In this document: positions 59,517 to 64,000 of the stretch, in pieces
Position numbering within the stretch: the stretch's first letter is position 1
Layout: each line of letters begins with the position of its first letter
Assembly (NCBI GenBank): GCA_034530615.2
Contig: JAVRCV020000023.1
Location: 35,173 to 99,172 of the forward strand
Source: Aulosira sp. ZfuVER01
GTDB taxonomy: Bacteria > Cyanobacteriota > Cyanobacteriia > Cyanobacteriales > Nostocaceae
Direction of reading: 5' to 3'
Length of the DNA stretch: 64,000 bases
Program-made: the position numbers and the translations under genes
The notes under the pieces: generated by a model
Database searches by the model: none
Seen by the model: the letters and a program-made list of their open reading frames with translations, nothing else
Told to the model about the DNA's origin: nothing

Positions 59517-59817
59517 AAGTCACTATCTTTTCATTACCATATTTATCTGGTCTAACAATCAGATATTCATTTCCTTTACGATATACTGCTGAACTATCTC
59601 CACGATATCCAGTTTGTGGAACTCTGATAGCTCCTTTTTTATTAAAGTTATGAGCTTTGCGTAGATACTTTAATGGGTCAATTCCTTTTCTAGCAGCATG
59701 GTCTAAAATACTCTGGGTAACACTCATATACTGTTGAATCTCTGCTGCTTCTGTCGAGGTATAGCCTTCTAATAGCTGTATCAGAAATGGGTCAGAGTTT
59801 AACTCATCTTCTGGCAT
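59497..59817 (-). CDS. Hypothetical protein, RNase-toxin-like
   Basis: ILDHAARKG..YLRKAHNF...YLIV...KIVTYG pattern. Confidence 0.5.
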   Translation of the reverse strand: MPEDELNSDPFLIQLLEGYTSTEAAEIQQYMSVTQSILDHAARKGIDPLKYLRKAHNFNKKGAIRVPQTGYRGDSSAVYRKGNEYLIVRPDKYGNEKIVTYGANDE

Positions 59818-59900
59818 AGTTATCTTTTTAAAGACAAAAATTCCCCTCTTCACTCGCGAAGAGGGGTGATTTTGACTTTAGCTAAAACCGGAGTAGAGGT

Positions 59901-60956
59901 TCAACTAAATTGTTCAATAATTCCGCCACCTAAGACTTTATCCCCTTCGTACCACACCGCCGCTTGTCCGGGGGTGATGCTGAATTGGGGTTCATCAAAC
60001 ACCAAGCGGACGCGGAAGTTTTCTAGAGGAATCACTGTCACTGGTGTGGGATGGGAACGATAGCGAATTTGGACTTCCGCATGAATTGGGGTGGATGGTT
60101 CAGCAATGGAAACCCAATTTACCCGACTGACGGTGCATTCTGGTTGAGTTGCCTTAGTGCGATCGCCTACGATCACTTTATTATTCACCGCATCTAATTC
60201 AATCACATACAGCGGTTCTGGTGCAGCAATCCCCAAGCCTTTACGCTGCCCAATTGTGTAGTGATGAACACCATCATGCTGTCCTAATACTTTCCCCGAT
60301 GTATCGACAATATCGCCTTTTTTCGGGGCGAGATACTGATCGAGAAATGCCCGCATGGAACCGTTGCTTTCTACTAAGCACAAGTCTTGGCTTTCTGGCT
60401 TATCGGCAGTTGCGAGTCCATATTCAGTAGCGATGCGGCGGGTGTCGGCTTTTTGGAGTTCACCTAGAGGAAATACGGAAGCTCCTAGTAAATCTTGGGA
60501 CAAATCATAGAGAAAGTAGGACTGGTCTTTATTGCGGTCAACAGCCCTTAACAATTGATAGCGTCCAGTAGCTTCGTCATAGCGAATTTGGGCATAATGA
60601 CCCGTAGCAATGCGATCGCATCCGAGTTGTTCGCGAGCATACTGCACCATTGGCCCAAATTTCACAGTTTTATTACACTGCGAGCAAGGTAAAGGTGTGA
60701 TCCCAGCACTATAACCAGCAACTAGGTAATCAACAATATTTGTTTGAAAGACATCGCGAATATCAACAACTTGATGGGGAATACCCAATTGTTCGCAGAT
60801 ATTAGCCGCGTCAATCATTCCTTCAGAGCAACACTGACCTTTGCCTTTCATCAGCCAAAGAGTCAAACCCACAACTTCATAGCCCTGATTGTGTAGTATG
60901 GCAGCGGCGGTAGAACTGTCAACGCCACCGGAAAGACCAACGACGACTTTTTTCAT
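59901..60956 (-). CDS. mnmA: tRNA 2-thiouridylase
   Basis: [41 protein letters not shown]. Confidence 0.97.
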   Translation of the reverse strand: MKKVVVGLSGGVDSSTAAAILHNQGYEVVGLTLWLMKGKGQCCSEGMIDAANICEQLGIPHQVVDIRDVFQTNIVDYLVAGYSAGITPLPCSQCNKTVKFGPMVQYAREQLGCDRIATGHYAQIRYDEATGRYQLLRAVDRNKDQSYFLYDLSQDLLGASVFPLGELQKADTRRIATEYGLATADKPESQDLCLVESNGSMRAFLDQYLAPKKGDIVDTSGKVLGQHDGVHHYTIGQRKGLGIAAPEPLYVIELDAVNNKVIVGDRTKATQPECTVSRVNWVSIAEPSTPIHAEVQIRYRSHPTPVTVIPLENFRVRLVFDEPQFSITPGQAAVWYEGDKVLGGGIIEQFS

Positions 60957-61295
60957 ATCCTTAAATTATTGCTAGGCTAGTGGCTTCTCCTGAAGCTAAT
61001 GCTCAACATCAAACGCAGGTTTTGAGGTATTCAAATTCATGCCATGCAGCCTGATGGTTACAATTGTAGCATATATATCTTCAAACCCTTATTAGATAAG
61101 CATTTCAGCATTGCTTTCTATGATGAAATCGCATCAATATCTGAACTGTCAGTAGTTAGGATATAAGATTTTAGCAAGACCTATGCAATGCCACTCAGCC
61201 CGATGGACTCATTCTAAGTTAACACTTATATAGGTGCTACAACAGACAGCTCTATTAGTTCCTCAAGGAAATTGTCGAGAATTTTTGTTACTACT

Positions 61296-62126
61296 ATGTC
61301 CAGACCAATACCAGATCAAGCGATCGCATTTCCACTAGTCCCCTTTTTCCTGGGAGGATGCTTGGCGTTGCTCCCCGACTCTACCCCAGCACAAGCACAA
61401 GTTACCAAGAGTGGCTTTTTATTGGCAGAACGAACAGTGGTTAAAACTTTACCACCACCGCCAGTTATGCAAACCATTCCTAACAATCAGCAGGCGCAAA
61501 CAATTCCTTGGCGATCGTATAATCAAAATTTTCAGTCTCCCCCCAGAGTGAGGGTTAATCAATATAAGCAAAACTTTAGACCTTATCAAACAGTACAAGC
61601 TAATTCTTATAACTGGAGTGCTGAACGTTACTTAGTGTACGTTGATGGCAATGATTACCAGCGGTTGCAGCGTGTACGCCAATTGGAACGTAGTGCTTAT
61701 ATCAAGTATGACAATGGACGTGAGGTGATTCAGTCAGGATCTTTTAGTAGACCCGCTAACGCCCAACAACGAGTTCGAGAACTAGAGTCATATGGTATCT
61801 ATGGGGCGCGAATTGTCAGAGCTTCTAGCGGTCAACAAGTAGGCTATACCCCTAGCACAAACTATGCTGCTACTCCTAGAAATCCCAAACCAGAAAGATC
61901 CAATTATTACTTTGTAATTATTCCAGCTAGATCGCAAGATTTGTCGGCTATTGCCAGTCGCATTCGCCAAAATTCTGGGCGTTATGACATTGTAGTTGAA
62001 AGGCAAAAACCACTAGGGCCCCATGTAGCTGTAGGAGCTTTTGGTCAGCGTTCTGATGCTGAAAGATGGAATGACTATCTGCGAAAATTGGGATATGGTA
62101 ACGCCAGAGTTTACTATGGCAAGTGA
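61296..62126 (+). CDS. Secreted protein with SPOR-like domains
   Basis: Signal peptide; IQSGSFSRPANAQQRVREL and HVAVGAF...WNDYLRKLG..ARVYY. Confidence 0.65.
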   Translation: MSRPIPDQAIAFPLVPFFLGGCLALLPDSTPAQAQVTKSGFLLAERTVVKTLPPPPVMQTIPNNQQAQTIPWRSYNQNFQSPPRVRVNQYKQNFRPYQTVQANSYNWSAERYLVYVDGNDYQRLQRVRQLERSAYIKYDNGREVIQSGSFSRPANAQQRVRELESYGIYGARIVRASSGQQVGYTPSTNYAATPRNPKPERSNYYFVIIPARSQDLSAIASRIRQNSGRYDIVVERQKPLGPHVAVGAFGQRSDAERWNDYLRKLGYGNARVYYGK

Positions 62127-62266
62127 AGAGTTCTGAGTCCTGAGTACTGAGTTAAAACCGGGGTATCAACTGCTTTGGTGACTTCTGAAAAGAATTTAAC
62201 CAGTGAGAATGAGGCAAAGCCCTCAAAATTGAAAATTGATAATTCATCACTCAGGACTTACGACTC

Positions 62267-63820
62267 ATGACTCAGCTTCAGCGCAGGGAAGAAGAGATTT
62301 CCCAATTTGTAGTTACCGCAGCGCAAATGCGGGAAATTGAAGACAGAATATTTGCCGCAGGAATGCCTGTAGTAGCTTTAATGGAAAAGGTGGCGGGACT
62401 TATTGCCCGTCGCCTTCAGGCGATGATTCCTCAAGGAAAATCTCGGGTTGGGGTTTTAGTCGGGCCTGGACATAATGGCGGTGATGCTTTGGTAGTAGCC
62501 CGGGAATTACATTTTCAAGAATATCAAGTTTGGATTTATAATCCTTTTACTAAACTCAAGGAATTAACTTCACAGCATTTGCAATATGCCCAGAGTTTGG
62601 GAATACCTTGTTATCAAGAAATTGAACAGTTGCCAGATTGTGATGTATTAGTTGATGGCTTGTTTGGTTTTGGGTTAGAAAAACAGCTGACTGATGCGAT
62701 CGCTTCTGCAATTGATCGGCTAAATTCATGGAAGCAGCCAATTTTTAGTATTGATTTACCTTCAGGCTTACATACTGATACAGGCGAAGTTTTAGGAACG
62801 GCGATTCGCGCTACGCATACATTTTGCCTGGGTTTGTGGAAGCTAGGATTTTTGCAGGATCAAGCTCTAGATTATATCGGCAATGCAGAGCTAATCGATT
62901 TTGATATTCCTGTAGCTGATGTGCAAGCTGTACTCGCAGATGCACCAAAGATTACCCGCATCACCACAACTAAGGCAATCTCAAATTTACCTCTACCTCG
63001 TCCGCCAGTCACCCACAAATACAAAGAAGGACATTTGCTGTTGATTTGCGGTTCTCGTCGCTATGCGGGTGGAGCAATTTTAACGGCTTTAGGTGCGCGC
63101 GCTAGTGGTGTAGGGATGCTTTCAATTGCTGTGCCAGAATATCTCAAACCCATTTTGGTGTCGCATTTACCAGAAGCATTGGTGATTGGGTGTCCAGAAA
63201 CAGAAACAGGAGCCATAGCTAAACTACAATTACCAGAAAAAACCGATTTAAGTTCCTTTGATGCGATCGCTTGCGGCCCTGGTTTAACTACAGATAGCAC
63301 TCCCATTGTGCAACAGGTAATAGAAAGCGAACGTCCTTTACTGCTCGATGCTGATGGTTTAAATATCTTGGCACAGATGGGAACCATCCCCACCTTAAAA
63401 AAACGCCAAGCACCAACCATACTTACACCCCACGCGGGTGAATTTAAGCGGTTATTTCCCGATATCCCCGATGCTAATCAAGATAGAGTCAAAGCTGTGC
63501 GGGAAGCAGCAATGCAAAGTGGGGCAATAGTTTTGTTAAAAGGAGCCAGAACTGCGATCGCAAATGCTCAAGGTTCAGTGTGGCTGAATCCCAAAAGTAC
63601 CCCAGCATTAGCCCGTGGTGGTAGTGGCGATGTCTTAACAGGAATACTCGGCGGATTATTAGCGCAAGCAATCAAGAAACAAATTGCGATTGAAGATATG
63701 GTAGCAACTGCTTCTTGGTGGCATTCTCAAGCCGGAATTTTAGCAGCCCAAGAGCGTACAGAATTAGGCGTTGATGCGTTTACCTTGACGCAATATTTAA
63801 TGAAATCTCTCAACTTTTAG
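62267..63820 (+). CDS. nnr: Bifunctional NAD(P)H-hydrate epimerase/dehydratase
   Basis: GPGHNGGD, DGLFGFG, DLPSG; GPGL, DADGL, TPHAGEF, GGSGDVL. Confidence 0.95.
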   Translation: MTQLQRREEEISQFVVTAAQMREIEDRIFAAGMPVVALMEKVAGLIARRLQAMIPQGKSRVGVLVGPGHNGGDALVVARELHFQEYQVWIYNPFTKLKELTSQHLQYAQSLGIPCYQEIEQLPDCDVLVDGLFGFGLEKQLTDAIASAIDRLNSWKQPIFSIDLPSGLHTDTGEVLGTAIRATHTFCLGLWKLGFLQDQALDYIGNAELIDFDIPVADVQAVLADAPKITRITTTKAISNLPLPRPPVTHKYKEGHLLLICGSRRYAGGAILTALGARASGVGMLSIAVPEYLKPILVSHLPEALVIGCPETETGAIAKLQLPEKTDLSSFDAIACGPGLTTDSTPIVQQVIESERPLLLDADGLNILAQMGTIPTLKKRQAPTILTPHAGEFKRLFPDIPDANQDRVKAVREAAMQSGAIVLLKGARTAIANAQGSVWLNPKSTPALARGGSGDVLTGILGGLLAQAIKKQIAIEDMVATASWWHSQAGILAAQERTELGVDAFTLTQYLMKSLNF

Positions 63821-63856
63821 TCAGCACTTCAGTTGTCATCAGTACTTACGCACTCA

Positions 63857-63947
63857 GATCCCCCAACCCCCTTAAAAAGCTACTGTGTAAACACATCTCT
63901 GTGCTAGGTGCAAAATATGGTTTGATCCCCCTAAATCCCCCTTAAAA
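63857..63947 (+). repeat. Two half-copies of a CCCCCTTAAAA-type palindromic repeat
   Basis: GATCCCCCCAACCCCCTTAAAAAG and GATCCCCCTAAATCCCCCTTAAAA, each lacking a GGGGG arm. Confidence 0.5.
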
Positions 63948-64000
63948 CTGTCCGTTCGCTGATTTTGAGGTGGTAAGAGGAATTAAAAGCTTCAGGAAAA

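Noticed and set aside
1..64000. Abundant GCGATCGC and GTAG/GGTGCG-type REP-like palindromes (e.g. near 4987, 23407, 28122)
   Set aside because: Ordinary HIP1 and cyanobacterial intergenic repeats

Overview
64 kb of a heterocyst-forming (Nostocales-type) cyanobacterial chromosome: frequent HIP1 GCGATCGC, STRR heptamer repeats, and hetP preceded by a HetR-type box. Housekeeping genes include ffh-rpsP-khpA-rpsU-phoH, mtnP, sat, mnmA, nnr, an M16 peptidase pair and three tRNAs. Two accessory systems stand out. (1) A split double-glycine peptide export system. An HTH / C39-peptidase ABC transporter / HlyD operon (16-21 kb) follows hetP and a probable hetC stump. It faces a cluster (28.6-34.5 kb) with a PPIase-like chaperone, a GNAT-TPR enzyme, two Ser-rich paralogues and five small proteins sharing an I-x-D-L...GG leader. 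One looks like a plesiocin-type (TTxxxxEE) graspetide precursor with no ATP-grasp ligase in the window, and three have beta-rich, possibly amyloid-like mature parts. The same leader motif occurs inside HetP. (2) A 4.5-kb tyrosine-recombinase element bounded by an 18-bp direct repeat, inserted in the apparent -10 region of the sat promoter, with arm-like sites, a split 55-bp palindrome and prophage-like gene remnants. Family assignments come from motif recognition and memory, not database searches.
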